64,000 bases of DNA, taken from Auanema rhodensis (taxonomy: Eukaryota; Animalia; Nematoda). The stretch spans positions 19,902,001 through 19,966,000 of the forward strand of contig OZ059897.1 of NCBI GenBank assembly GCA_964057225.1. The letters run 5' to 3'. Positions 26,801-40,343 of the stretch are shown here, one piece after another. The position numbers and the translations under genes are program-made. Numbering within the stretch: position 1 is the first letter of the stretch; each line of letters starts with the position of its first letter. The notes below the pieces were generated by a model. It did no database searches, was not told the DNA's origin, and saw only the letters and a list, made by a program, of their open reading frames with translations.

Positions 26801-29800
26801 TTAAAAATCCGCATCGAATGCACTATACTACATTGAGAAACGCTTAATACAAAAATTAGTTATGATCGTTTGAAAAATGATGCATTAGTGTATGTTGAGT
26901 TTCCATGTACACTCAACATTGCTTCCAAAAACATTTTGACAAAAATTTTTTCGAAAAATTTCAAAATAATTTAGCAAAAAGTAGATGTTTTTAGATTCCT
27001 TTTTTCAAGGCAAAGACGATGGACAATGTTATTCAACGAAAAAATTAATTCTTCAGGGTGAAAATCGAGGATATAAGTGTGAACTTATAACAGTTGATAT
27101 CTCGGTACATTTTTAAGCTAGCGCAAATCTGATAACACAGATCGACGCATTAAAAATCCGCATCGAATGCACTATACTACATTGAGAAACGCTTAATACA
27201 AAAATTAGTTATGATCGTTTGAAAAATGATGCATTAGTGTATGTTGAGTTTCCATGTACACTCAACATTGCTTCCAAAAACATTTTGACAAAAATTTTTT
27301 CGAAAAATTTCAAAATAATTTAGCAAAAAGTAGATGTTTTTAGATTCCTTTTTTCAAGGCAAAGACGATGGACAATGTTATTCAACGAAAAAATTAATTC
27401 TTCAGGGTGAAAATCGAGGATATAAGTGTAAACTTATATCAGTTGATATCTCGGTGCATTTTTAAGCTAGCGCACATCTGATAACACAGATCGACGCAGC
27501 TTAAAAATCCGCATCGAATGCACTATACTACATTGAGAAACGCTTAATACAAAAATTAGTTATGATCGTTTGAAAAATGATGCATTAGTGTATGTTGAGT
27601 TTCCATGTACACTCAACATTGCTTCCAAAAACATTTTGACAAAAATTTTTTCGAAAAATTTCAAAATAATTTAGCAAAAAGTAGATGTTTTTAGATTCCT
27701 TTTTTCAAGGCAAAGACGATGGACAATGTTATTTAACGAAAAAATTAATTCTTCAGGGTGAAAATCGAGGATATAAGTGTAAACTTATATCAGTTGATAT
27801 CTCGGTGCATTTTTAAGCTAGCGCAAATCTGATAACACAGATCGACGCAGCTTAAAAATCCGCATCGAATGCACTATACTACATTGAGAAACGCTTAATA
27901 CAAAAATTAGTTATGATCGTTTGAAAAATGATGCATTAGTGTATGTTGAGTTTCCATGTACACTCAACATTGCTTCCAAAAACATTTTGACAAAAATTTT
28001 TTCGAAAAATTTCAAAATAATTTAGCAAAAAGTAGATGTTTTTAGATTCCTTTTTTCAAGGCAAAGACGATGGACAATGTTATTTAACGAAAAAATTAAT
28101 TCTTCAGGGTGAAAATCGAGGATATAAGTGTAAACTTATATCAGTTGATATCTCGGTGCATTTTTAAGCTAGCGCAAATCTGATAACACAGATCGACGCA
28201 GCTTAAAAATCCGCATCGAATGCACTATACTACATTGAGAAACGCTTAATACAAAAATTAGTTATGATCGTTTGAAAAATGATGCATTAGTGTATGTTGA
28301 GTTTCCATGTACACTCAACATTGCTTCCAAAAACATTTTGACAAAAATTTTTTCGAAAAATTTCAAAATAATTTAGCAAAAAGTAGATGTTTTTAGATTC
28401 CTTTTTTCAAGGCAAAGACGATGGACAATGTTATTCAACGAAAAAATTGATTCTTCAGGGTGAAAATCGAGGATATAAGTGTGAACTTATAACAGTTGAT
28501 ATCTCGGTGCATTTTTAAGCTAGCGCACATCTGATAACACAGATCGACGCAGCTTAAAAATCCGCATCGAATGCACTATACTACATTGAGAAACGCTTAA
28601 TACAAAAATTAGTTATGATCGTTTGAAAAATGATGCATTAGTGTATGTTGAGTTTCCATGTACACTCAACATTGCTTCCAAAAACATTTTGACAAAAATT
28701 TTTTCGAAAAATTTCAAAATAATTTAGCAAAAAGTAGATGTTTTTAGATTCCTTTTTTCAAGGCAAAGACGATGGACAATGTTATTTAACGAAAAAATTA
28801 ATTCTTCAGGGTGAAAATCGAGGATATAAGTGTAAACTTATATCAGTTGATATCTCGGTGCATTTTTAAGCTAGCGCAAATCTGATAACACAGATCGACG
28901 CAGCTTAAAAATCCGCATCGAATGCACTATACTACATTGAGAAACGCTTAATACAAAAATTAGTTATGATCGTTTGAAAAATGATGCATTAGTGTATGTT
29001 GAGTTTCCATGTACACTCAACATTGCTTCCAAAAACATTTTGACAAAAATTTTTTCGAAAAATTTCAAAATAATTTAGCAAAAAGTAGATGTTTTTAGAT
29101 TCCTTTTTTCAAGGCAAAGACGATGGACAATGTTATTCAACGAAAAAATTAATTCTTCAGGGTGAAAATCGAGGATATAAGTGTAAACTTATATCAGTTG
29201 ATATCTCGGTGCATTTTTAAGCTAGCGCAAATCTGATAACACAGCTCGACGCAGCTTAAAAATCCGCATCGAATGCACTATACTACATTGAGAAACGCTT
29301 AATACAAAAATTAGTTATGATCGTTTGAAAAATGATGCATTAGTGTATGTTGAGTTTCCATGTACACTCAACATTGCTTCCAAAAACATTTTGACAAAAA
29401 TTTTTTCGAAAAATTTCAAAATAATTTAGCAAAAAGTAGATGTTTTTAGATTCCTTTTTTCAAGGCAAAGACGATGGACAATGTTATTTAACGAAAAAAT
29501 TAATTCTTCAGGGTGAAAATCGAGGATATAAGTGTAAACTTATATCAGTTGATATCTCGGTGCATTTTTAAGCTAGCGCAAATCTGATAACACAGATCGA
29601 CGCAGCTTAAAAATCCGCATCGAATGCACTATACTACATTGAGAAACGCTTAATACAAAAATTAGTTATGATCGTTTGAAAAATGATGCATTAGTGTATG
29701 TTGAGTTTCCATGTACACTCAACATTGCTTCCAAAAACATTTTGACAAAAATTTTTTCGAAAAATTTCAAAATAATTTAGCAAAAAGTAGATGTTTTAAG

Positions 29801-32800
29801 ATTCCTTTTTTCAAGGCAAAGACGATGGACAATGTTATTCAACGAAAAAATTAATTCTTCAGGGTGAAAATCGAGGATATAAGTGTGAACTTATAACAGT
29901 TGATATCTCGGTACATTTTTAAGCTAGCGCAAATCTGATAACACAGATCGACGCATTAAAAATCCGCATCAAATGTACTATACTACATTGAGAAACGCTT
30001 AATACAAAAATTAGTTATGATCGTTTGAAAAATGATGCATTAGTGTATGTTGAGTTTCCATGTACACTCAACATTGCTTCCAAAAACATTTTGACAAAAA
30101 TTTTTTCGAAAAATTTCAAAATAATTTAGCAAAAAGTAGATGTTTTTAGATTCCTTTTTTCAAGGCAAAGACGATGGACAATGTTATTCAACGAAAAAAT
30201 TAATTCTTCAGGGTGAAAATCGAGGATATAAGTGTAAACTTATATCAGTTGATATCTCGGTGCATTTTTAAGCTAGCGCACATCTGATAACACAGATCGA
30301 CGCAGCTTAAAAATCCGCATCGAATGCACTATACTACATTGAGAAACGCTTAATACAAAAATTAGTTATGATCGTTTGAAAAATGATGCATTAGTGTATG
30401 TTGAGTTTCCATGTACACTCAACATTGCTTCCAAAAACATTTTGACAAAAATTTTTTCTAAAAATTTCAAAATAATTTAGCAAAAAGTAGATGTTTTTAG
30501 ATTCCTTTTTTCAAGGCAAAGACGATGGACAATGTTATTTAACGAAAAAATTAATTCTTCAGGGTGAAAATCGAGGATATAAGTGTGAACTTATAACAGT
30601 TGATATCTCGGTACATTTTTAAGCTAGCGCAAATCTGATAACACAGATCGACGCATTAAAAATCCGCATCGAATGCACTATACTACATTGAGAAACGCTT
30701 AATACAAAAATTAGTTATGATCGTTTGAAAAATGATGCATTAGTGTATGTTGAGTTTCCATGTACACTCAACATTGCTTCCAAAAACATTTTGACAAAAA
30801 TTTTTTCGAAAAATTTCAAAATAATTTAGCAAAAAGTAGATGTTTTTAGATTCCTTTTTTCAAGGCAAAGACGATGGACAATGTTATTCAACGAAAAAAT
30901 TAATTCTTCAGGGTGAAAATCGAGGATATAAGTGTAAACTTATATCAGTTGATATCTCGGTGCATTTTTAAGCTAGCGCAAATCTGATAACACAGATCGA
31001 CGCAGCTTAAAAATCCGCATCGAATGCACTATACTACATTGAGAAACGCTTAATACAAAAATTAGTTATGATCGTTTGAAAAATGATGCATTAGTGTATG
31101 TTGAGTTTCCATGTACACTCAACATTGCTTCCAAAAACATTTTGACAAAAATTTTTTCGAAAAATTTCAAAATAATTTAGCAAAAAGTAGATGTTTTTAG
31201 ATTCCTTTTTTCAAGGCAAAGACGATGAACAATGTTATTCAACGAAAAAATTAATTCTTCAGGGTGAAAATCGAGGATATAAGTGTGAACTTATAACAGT
31301 TGATATCTCGGTACATTTTTAAGCTAGCGCAAATCTGATAACACAGATCGACGCAGCTTAAAAATCCGCATCGAATGCACTATACTACATTGAGAAACGC
31401 TTAATACAAAAATTAGTTATGATCGTTTGAAAAATGATGCATTAGTGTATGTTGAGTTTCCATGTACACTCAACATTGCTTCCAAAAACATTTTGACAAA
31501 AATTTTTTCTAAAAATTTCAAAATAATTTAGCAAAAAGTAGATGTTTTTAGATTCCTTTTTTCAAGGCAAAGACGATGGACAATGTTATTTAACGAAAAA
31601 ATTAATTCTTCAGGGTGAAAATCGAGGATATAAGTGTAAACTTATATCAGTTGATATCTCGGTGCATTTTTAAGCTAGCGCAAATCTGATAACACAGATC
31701 GACGCAGCTTAAAAATCCGCATCGAATGCACTATACTACATTGAGAAACGCTTAATACAAAAATTAGTTATGATCGTTTGAAAAATGATGCATTAGTGTA
31801 TGTTGAGTTTCCATGTACACTCAACATTGCTTCCAAAAACATTTTGACAAAAATTTTTTCGAAAAATTTCAAAATAATTTAGCAAAAAGTAGATGTTTTT
31901 AGATTCCTTTTTTCAAGGCAAAGACGATGGACAATGTTATTCAACGAAAAAATTAATTCTTCAGGGTGAAAATCGAGGATATAAGTGTAAACTTATATCA
32001 GTTGATATCTCGGTGCATTTTTAAGCTAGCGCAAATCTGATAACACAGATCGACGCAGCTTAAAAATCCGCATCGAATGCACTATACTACATTGAGAAAC
32101 GCTTAATACAAAAATTAGTTATGATCGTTTGAAAAATGATGCATTAGTGTATGTTGAGTTTCCATGTACACTCAACATTGCTTCCAAAAACATTTTGACA
32201 AAAATTTTTTCGAAAAATTTCAAAATAATTTAGCAAAAAGTAGATGTTTTTAGATTCCTTTTTTCAAGGCAAAGACGATGGACAATGTTATTTAACGAAA
32301 AAATTAATTCTTCAGGGTGAAAATCGAGGATATAAGTGTAAACTTATATCAGTTGATATCTCGGTGCATTTTTAAGCTAGCGCAAATCTGATAACACAGA
32401 TCGACGCAGCTTAAAAATCCGCATCGAATGCACTATACTACATTGAGAAACGCTTAATACAAAAATTAGTTATGATCGTTTGAAAAATGATGCATTAGTG
32501 TATGTTGAGTTTCCATGTACACTCAACATTGCTTCCAAAAACATTTTGACAAAAATTTTTTCGAAAAATTTCAAAATAATTTAGCAAAAAGTAGATGTTT
32601 TTAGATTCCTTTTTTCAAGGCAAAGACGATGGACAATGTTATTCAACGAAAAAATTAATTCTTCAGGGTGAAAATCGAGGATATAAGTGTAAACTTATAT
32701 CAGTTGATATCTCGGTGCATTTTTAAGCTAGCGCAAATCTGATAACACAGATCGACGCAGCTTAAAAATCCGCATCGAATGCACTATACTACATTGAGAA

Positions 32801-35800
32801 ACGCTTAATACAAAAATTAGTTATGATCGTTTGAAAAATGATGCATTAGTGTATGTTGAGTTTCCATGTACACTCAACATTGCTTCCAAAAACATTTTGA
32901 CAAAAATTTTTTCGAAAAATTTCAAAATAATTTAGCAAAAAGTAGATGTTTTTAGATTCCTTTTTTCAAGGCAAAGACGATGGACAATGTTATTTAACGA
33001 AAAAATTAATTCTTCAGGGTGAAAATCGAGGATATAAGTGTAAACTTATATCAGTTGATATCTCGGTGCATTTTTAAGCTAGCGCAAATCTGATAACACA
33101 GATCGACGCAGCTTAAAAATCCGCATCGAATGCACTATACTACATTGAGAAACGCTTAATACAAAAATTAGTTATGATCGTTTGAAAAATGATGCATTAG
33201 TGTATGTTGAGTTTCCATGTACACTCAACATTGCTTCCAAAAACATTTTGACAAAAATTTTTTCGAAAAATTTCAAAATAATTTAGCAAAAAGTAGATGT
33301 TTTTAGATTCCTTTTTTCAAGGCAAAGACGATGGACAATGTTATTTAACGAAAAAATTAATTCTTCAGGGTGAAAATCGAGGATATAAGTGTAAACTTAT
33401 ATCAGTTGATATCTCGGTGCATTTTTAAGCTAGCGAAAATCTGATAACACAGATCGACGCAGCTTAAAAATCCGCATCGAATGCACTATACTACATTGAG
33501 AAACGCTTAATACAAAAATTAGTTATGATCGTTTGAAAAATGATGCATTAGTGTATGTTGAGTTTCCATGTACACTCAACATTGCTTCCAAAAACATTTT
33601 GACAAAAATTTTTTCGAAAAATTTCAAAATAATTTAGCAAAAAGTAGATGTTTTTAGATTCCTTTTTTCAAGGCAAAGACGATGGACAATGTTATTCAAC
33701 GAAAAAATTAATTCTTCAGGGTGAAAATCGAGGATATAAGTGTGAACTTATAACAGTTGATATCTCGGTACATTTTTAAGCTAGCGCAAATCTGATAACA
33801 CAGATCGACGCATTAAAAATCCGCATCGAATGCACTATACTACATTGAGAAACGCTTAATACAAAAATTAGTTATGATCGTTTGAAAAATGATGCATTAG
33901 TGTATGTTGAGTTTCCATGTACACTCAACATTGCTTCCAAAAACATTTTGACAAAAATTTTTTCGAAAAATTTCAAAATAATTTAGCAAAAAGTAGATGT
34001 TTTTAGATTCCTTTTTTCAAGGCAAAGACGATGGACAATGTTATTCAACGAAAAAATTAATTCTTCAGGGTGAAAATCGAGGATATAAGTGTAAACTTAT
34101 ATCAGTTGATATCTCGGTGCATTTTTAAGCTAGCGCACATCTGATAACACAGATCGACGCAGCTTAAAAATCCGCATCGAATGCACTATACTACATTGAG
34201 AAACGCTTAATACAAAAATTAGTTATGATCGTTTGAAAAATGATGCATTAGTGTATGTTGAGTTTCCATGTACACTCAACATTGCTTCCAAAAACATTTT
34301 GACAAAAATTTTTTCGAAAAATTTCAAAATAATTTAGCAAAAAGTAGATGTTTTTAGATTCCTTTTTTCAAGGCAAAGACGATGGACAATGTTATTTAAC
34401 GAAAAAATTAATTCTTCAGGGTGAAAATCGAGGATATAAGTGTAAACTTATATCAGTTGATATCTCGGTGCATTTTTAAGCTAGCGCAAATCTGATAACA
34501 CAGATCGACGCAGCTTAAAAATCCGCATCGAATGCACTATACTACATTGAGAAACGCTTAATACAAAAATTAGTTATGATCGTTTGAAAAATGATGCATT
34601 AGTGTATGTTGAGTTTCCATGTACACTCAACATTGCTTCCAAAAACATTTTGACAAAAATTTTTTCGAAAAATTTCAAAATAATTTAGCAAAAAGTAGAT
34701 GTTTTTAGATTCCTTTTTTCAAGGCAAAGACGATGGACAATGTTATTTAACGAAAAAATTAATTCTTCAGGGTGAAAATCGAGGATATAAGTGTAAACTT
34801 ATATCAGTTGATATCTCGGTGCATTTTTAAGCTAGCGCAAATCTGATAACACAGATCGACGCAGCTTAAAAATCCGCATCGAATGCACTATACTACATTG
34901 AGAAACGCTTAATACAAAAATTAGTTATGATCGTTTGAAAAATGATGCATTAGTGTATGTTGAGTTTCCATGTACACTCAACATTGCTTCCAAAAACATT
35001 TTGACAAAAATTTTTTCGAAAAATTTCAAAATAATTTAGCAAAAAGTAGATGTTTTTAGATTCCTTTTTTCAAGGCAAAGACGATGGACAATGTTATTCA
35101 ACGAAAAAATTGATTCTTCAGGGTGAAAATCGAGGATATAAGTGTGAACTTATAACAGTTGATATCTCGGTGCATTTTTAAGCTAGCGCACATCTGATAA
35201 CACAGATCGACGCAGCTTAAAAATCCGCATCGAATGCACTATACTACATTGAGAAACGCTTAATACAAAAATTAGTTATGATCGTTTGAAAAATGATGCA
35301 TTAGTGTATGTTGAGTTTCCATGTACACTCAACATTGCTTCCAAAAACATTTTGACAAAAATTTTTTCGAAAAATTTCAAAATAATTTAGCAAAAAGTAG
35401 ATGTTTTTAGATTCCTTTTTTCAAGGCAAAGACGATGGACAATGTTATTTAACGAAAAAATTAATTCTTCAGGGTGAAAATCGAGGATATAAGTGTAAAC
35501 TTATATCAGTTGATATCTCGGTGCATTTTTAAGCTAGCGCAAATCTGATAACACAGATCGACGCAACTTAAAAATCCGCATCGAATGCACTATACTACAT
35601 TGAGAAACGCTTAATACAAAAATTAGTTATGATCGTTTGAAAAATGATGCATTAGTGTATGTTGAGTTTCCATGTACACTCAACATTGCTTCCAAAAACA
35701 TTTTGACAAAAATTTTTTCGAAAAATTTCAAAATAATTTAGCAAAAAGTAGATGTTTTTAGATTCCTTTTTTCAAGGCAAAGACGATGGACAATGTTATT

Positions 35801-35813
35801 CAACGAAAAAATT
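22583..35813. repeat. Near-perfect tandem duplication of 19 monomers (period 6663 bp)
   Basis: CATCAAATGTAC in monomers 23159/29822, GATGAAC in 24559/31222, GCGAAAAT in 26665/33328, hybrid monomer 28418/35081, and three deletion monomers per copy; every offset is 6663. Confidence 0.93.
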
Positions 35814-38800
35814 GATTCTTCAGGGTGAAAATCGAGGATATAAGTGTGAACTTATAACAGTTGATATCTCGGTGCATTTTTAAGCTAGCGCACATCTGAT
35901 AACACAGATCGACGCAGCTTAAAAATCCGCATCGAATGCACTATACTACATTGAGAAACGCTTAATACAAAAATTAGTTATGATCGTTTGAAAAATGATG
36001 CATTAGTGTATGTTGAGTTTCCATGTACACTCAACATTGCTTCCAAAAACATTTTGACAAAAATTTTTTCGAAAAATTTCAAAATAATTTAGCAAAAAGT
36101 AGATGTTTTTAGATTCCTTTTTTCAAGGCAAAGACGATGGACAATGTTATTTAACGAAAAAATTAATTCTTCAGGGTGAAAATCGAGGATATAAGTGTAA
36201 ACTTATATCAGTTGATATCTCGGTGCATTTTTAAGCTAGCGCAAATCTGATAACACAGATCGACGCAGCTTAAAAATCCGCATCGAATGCACTATACTAC
36301 ATTGAGAAACGCTTAATACAAAAATTAGTTATGATCGTTTGAAAAATGATGCATTAGTGTATGTTGAGTTTCCATGTACACTCAACATTGCTTCCAAAAA
36401 CATTTTGACAAAAATTTTTTCGAAAAATTTCAAAATAATTTAGCAAAAAGTAGATGTTTTTAGATTCCTTTTTTCAAGGCAAAGACGATGGACAATGTTA
36501 TTTAACGAAAAAATTAATTCTTCAGGGTGAAAATCGAGGATATAAGTGTAAACTTATATCAGTTGATATCTCGGTGCATTTTTAAGCTAGCGCAAATCTG
36601 ATAACACAGATCGACGCAGCTTAAAAATCCGCATCGAATGCACTATACTACATTGAGAAACGCTTAATACAAAAATTAGTTATGATCGTTTGAAAAATGA
36701 TGCATTAGTGTATGTTGAGTTTCCATGTACACTCAACATTGCTTCCAAAAACATTTTGACAAAAATTTTTTCGAAAAATTTCAAAATAATTTAGCAAAAA
36801 GTAGATGTTTTTAGATTCCTTTTTTCAAGGCAAAGACGATGGACAATGTTATTCAACGAAAAAATTGATTCTTCAGGGTGAAAATCGAGGATATAAGTGT
36901 GAACTTATAACAGTTGATATCTCGGTACATTTTTAAGCTAGCGCAAATCTGATAACACAGATCGACGCAGCTTAAAAATCCGCATCGAATGCACTATACT
37001 ACATTGAGAAACGCTTAATACAAAAATTAGTTATGATCGTTTGAAAAATGATGCATTAGTGTATGTTGAGTTTCCATGTACACTCAACATTGCTTCCAAA
37101 AACATTTTGACAAAAATTTTTTCGAAAAATTTCATAATAATTTAGCAAAAAGTAGATGTTTTTAGATTCCTTTTTTCAAGGCAAAGACGATGGACAATGT
37201 TATTTAACGAAAAAATTAATTCTTCAGGGTGAAAATCGAGGATATAAGTGTAAACTTATATCAGTTGATATCTCGGTGCATTTTTAAGCTAGCGCAAATC
37301 TGATAACACAGATCGACGCAGCTTAAAAATCCGCATCGAATGCACTATACTACATTGAGAAACGCTCAATACAAAAATTAGTTATGATCGTTTGAAAAAT
37401 GATGCATTAGTGTATGTTGAGTTTCCATGTACACTCAACATTGCTTCCAAAAACATTTTGAGAAAAATTTTTTCGAAAAATTTCAAAATAATTTAGCAAA
37501 AAGTAGATGTTTTTAGATTCCTTTTTTCAAGGCAAAGACGATGGACAATGTTATTCAACGAAAAAATTAATTCTTCAGGGTGAAAATCGAGGATATAAGT
37601 GTGAACTTATATCAGTTGATATCTCGGTACATTTTTAAGCTAGCGCAAATCTGATAACACAGATCGACGCAGCTTAAAAATCCGCATCGAATGCACTATA
37701 CTACATGGAAGAACGCTTAATACAAAAATTAGTTATGATCGTTTGAAAAATGATGCATTAGTGTATGTTGAGTTTCCATGTACACTCAACATTGCTTCCA
37801 AAAACATTTTGACAAAAATTTTTTCGAAAAATTTCAAAATAATTTAGCAAAAAGTAGATGTTTTTAGATTCCTTTTTTCAAGGCAAAGACGATGGACAAT
37901 GTTATTCAACGAAAAAATTGATTCTTCAGGGTGAAAATCGAGGATATAAGTGTGAACTTATAACAGTTGATATCTCGGTACATTTTTAAGCTAGCGCAAA
38001 TCTGATAACACAGATCGACGCAGCTTAAAAATCCGCATCGAATGCACTATACTACATTGAGAAACGCTTAATACAAAAATTAGTTATGATCGTTTGAAAA
38101 ATGATGCATTAGTGTATGTTGAGTTTCCATGTACACTCAACATTGCTTCCAAAAACATTTTGACAAAAATTTTTTCGAAAAATTTCAAAATAATTTAGCA
38201 AAAAGTAGATGTTTTTAGATTCCTTTTTTCAAGGCAAAGACGATGGACAATGTTATTTAACGAAAAAATTAATTCTTCAGGGTGAAAATCGAGGATATAA
38301 GTGTAAACTTATATCAGTTGATATCTCGGTGCATTTTTAAGCTAGCGCAAATCTGATAACACAGATCGACGCAGCTTAAAAATCCGCATCGAATGCACTA
38401 TACTACATTGAGAAACGCTCAATACAAAAATTAGTTATGATCGTTTGAAAAATGATGCATTAGTGTATGTTGAGTTTCCATGTACACTCAACATTGCTTC
38501 CAAAAACATTTTGACAAAAATTTTTTCGAAAAATTTCAAAATAATTTAGCAAAAAGTAGATGTTTTTAGATTCCTTTTTTCAAGGCAAAGACGATGGACA
38601 ATGTTATTTAACGAAAAAATTAATTCTTCAGGGTGAAAATCGAGGATATAAGTGTAAACTTATATCAGTTGATATCTCGGTGCATTTTTAAGCTAGCGCA
38701 AATCTGATAACACAGATCGACGCAGCTTAAAAATCCGCATCGAATGCACTATACTACATTGAGAAACGCTTAATACAAAAATTAGTTATGATCGTTTGAA

Positions 38801-40343
38801 AAATGATGCATTAGTGTATGTTGAGTTTCCATGTACACTCAACATTGCTTCCAAAAACATTTTGACAAAAATTTTTTCGAAAAATTTCAAAATAATTTAG
38901 CAAAAAGTAGATGTTTTTAGATTCCTTTTTTCAAGGCAAAGACGATGGACAATGTTATTCAACGAAAAAATTAATTCTTCAGGGTGAAAATCGAGGATAT
39001 AAGTGTGAACTTATAACAGTTGATATCTCGGTACATTTTTAAGCTAGCGCAAATCTGATAACACAGATCGACGCATTAAAAATCCGCATCGAATGCACTA
39101 TACTACATTGAGAAACGCTTAATACAAAAATTAGTTATGATCGTTTGAAAAATGATGCATTAGTGTATGTTGAGTTTCCATGTACACTCAACATTGCTTC
39201 CAAAAACATTTTGACAAAAATTTTTTCGAAAAATTTCAAAATAATTTAGCAAAAAGTAGATGTTTTTAGATTCCTTTTTTCAAGGCAAAGACGATGGACA
39301 ATGTTATTCAACGAAAAAATTAATTCTTCAGGGTGAAAATCGAGGATATAAGTGTAAACTTATATCAGTTGATATCTCGGTGCATTTTTAAGCTAGCGCA
39401 CATCTGATAACACAGATCGACGCAGCTTAAAAATCCGCATCGAATGCACTATACTACATTGAGAAACGCTTAATACAAAAATTAGTTATGATCGTTTGAA
39501 AAATGATGCATTAGTGTATGTTGAGTTTCCATGTACACTCAACATTGCTTCCAAAAACATTTTGACAAAAATTTTTTCGAAAAATTTCAAAATAATTTAG
39601 CAAAAAGTAGATGTTTTTAGATTCCTTTTTTCAAGGCAAAGACGATGGACAATGTTATTTAACGAAAAAATTAATTCTTCAGGGTGAAAATCGAGGATAT
39701 AAGTGTAAACTTATATCAGTTGATATCTCGGTGCATTTTTAAGCTAGCGCAAATCTGATAACACAGATCGACGCAGCTTAAAAATCCGCATCGAATGCAC
39801 TATACTACATTGAGAAACGCTTAATACAAAAATTAGTTATGATCGTTTGAAAAATGATGCATTAGTGTATGTTGAGTTTCCATGTACACTCAACATTGCT
39901 TCCAAAAACATTTTGACAAAAATTTTTTCGAAAAATTTCAAAATAATTTAGCAAAAAGTAGATGTTTTTAGATTCCTTTTTTCAAGGCAAAGACGATGGA
40001 CAATGTTATTTAACGAAAAAATTAATTCTTCAGGGTGAAAATCGAGGATATAAGTGTAAACTTATATCAGTTGATATCTCGGTGCATTTTTAAGCTAGCG
40101 AAAATCTGATAACACAGATCGACGCAGCTTAAAAATCCGCATCGAATGCACTATACTACATTGAGAAACGCTTAATACAAAAATTAGTTATGATCGTTTG
40201 AAAAATGATGCATTAGTGTATGTTGAGTTTCCATGTACACTCAACATTGCTTCCAAAAACATTTTGACAAAAATTTTTTCGAAAAATTTCAAAATAATTT
40301 AGCCAAAAGTAGATGTTTTTAGATTCCTTTTTTCAAGGCAAAG

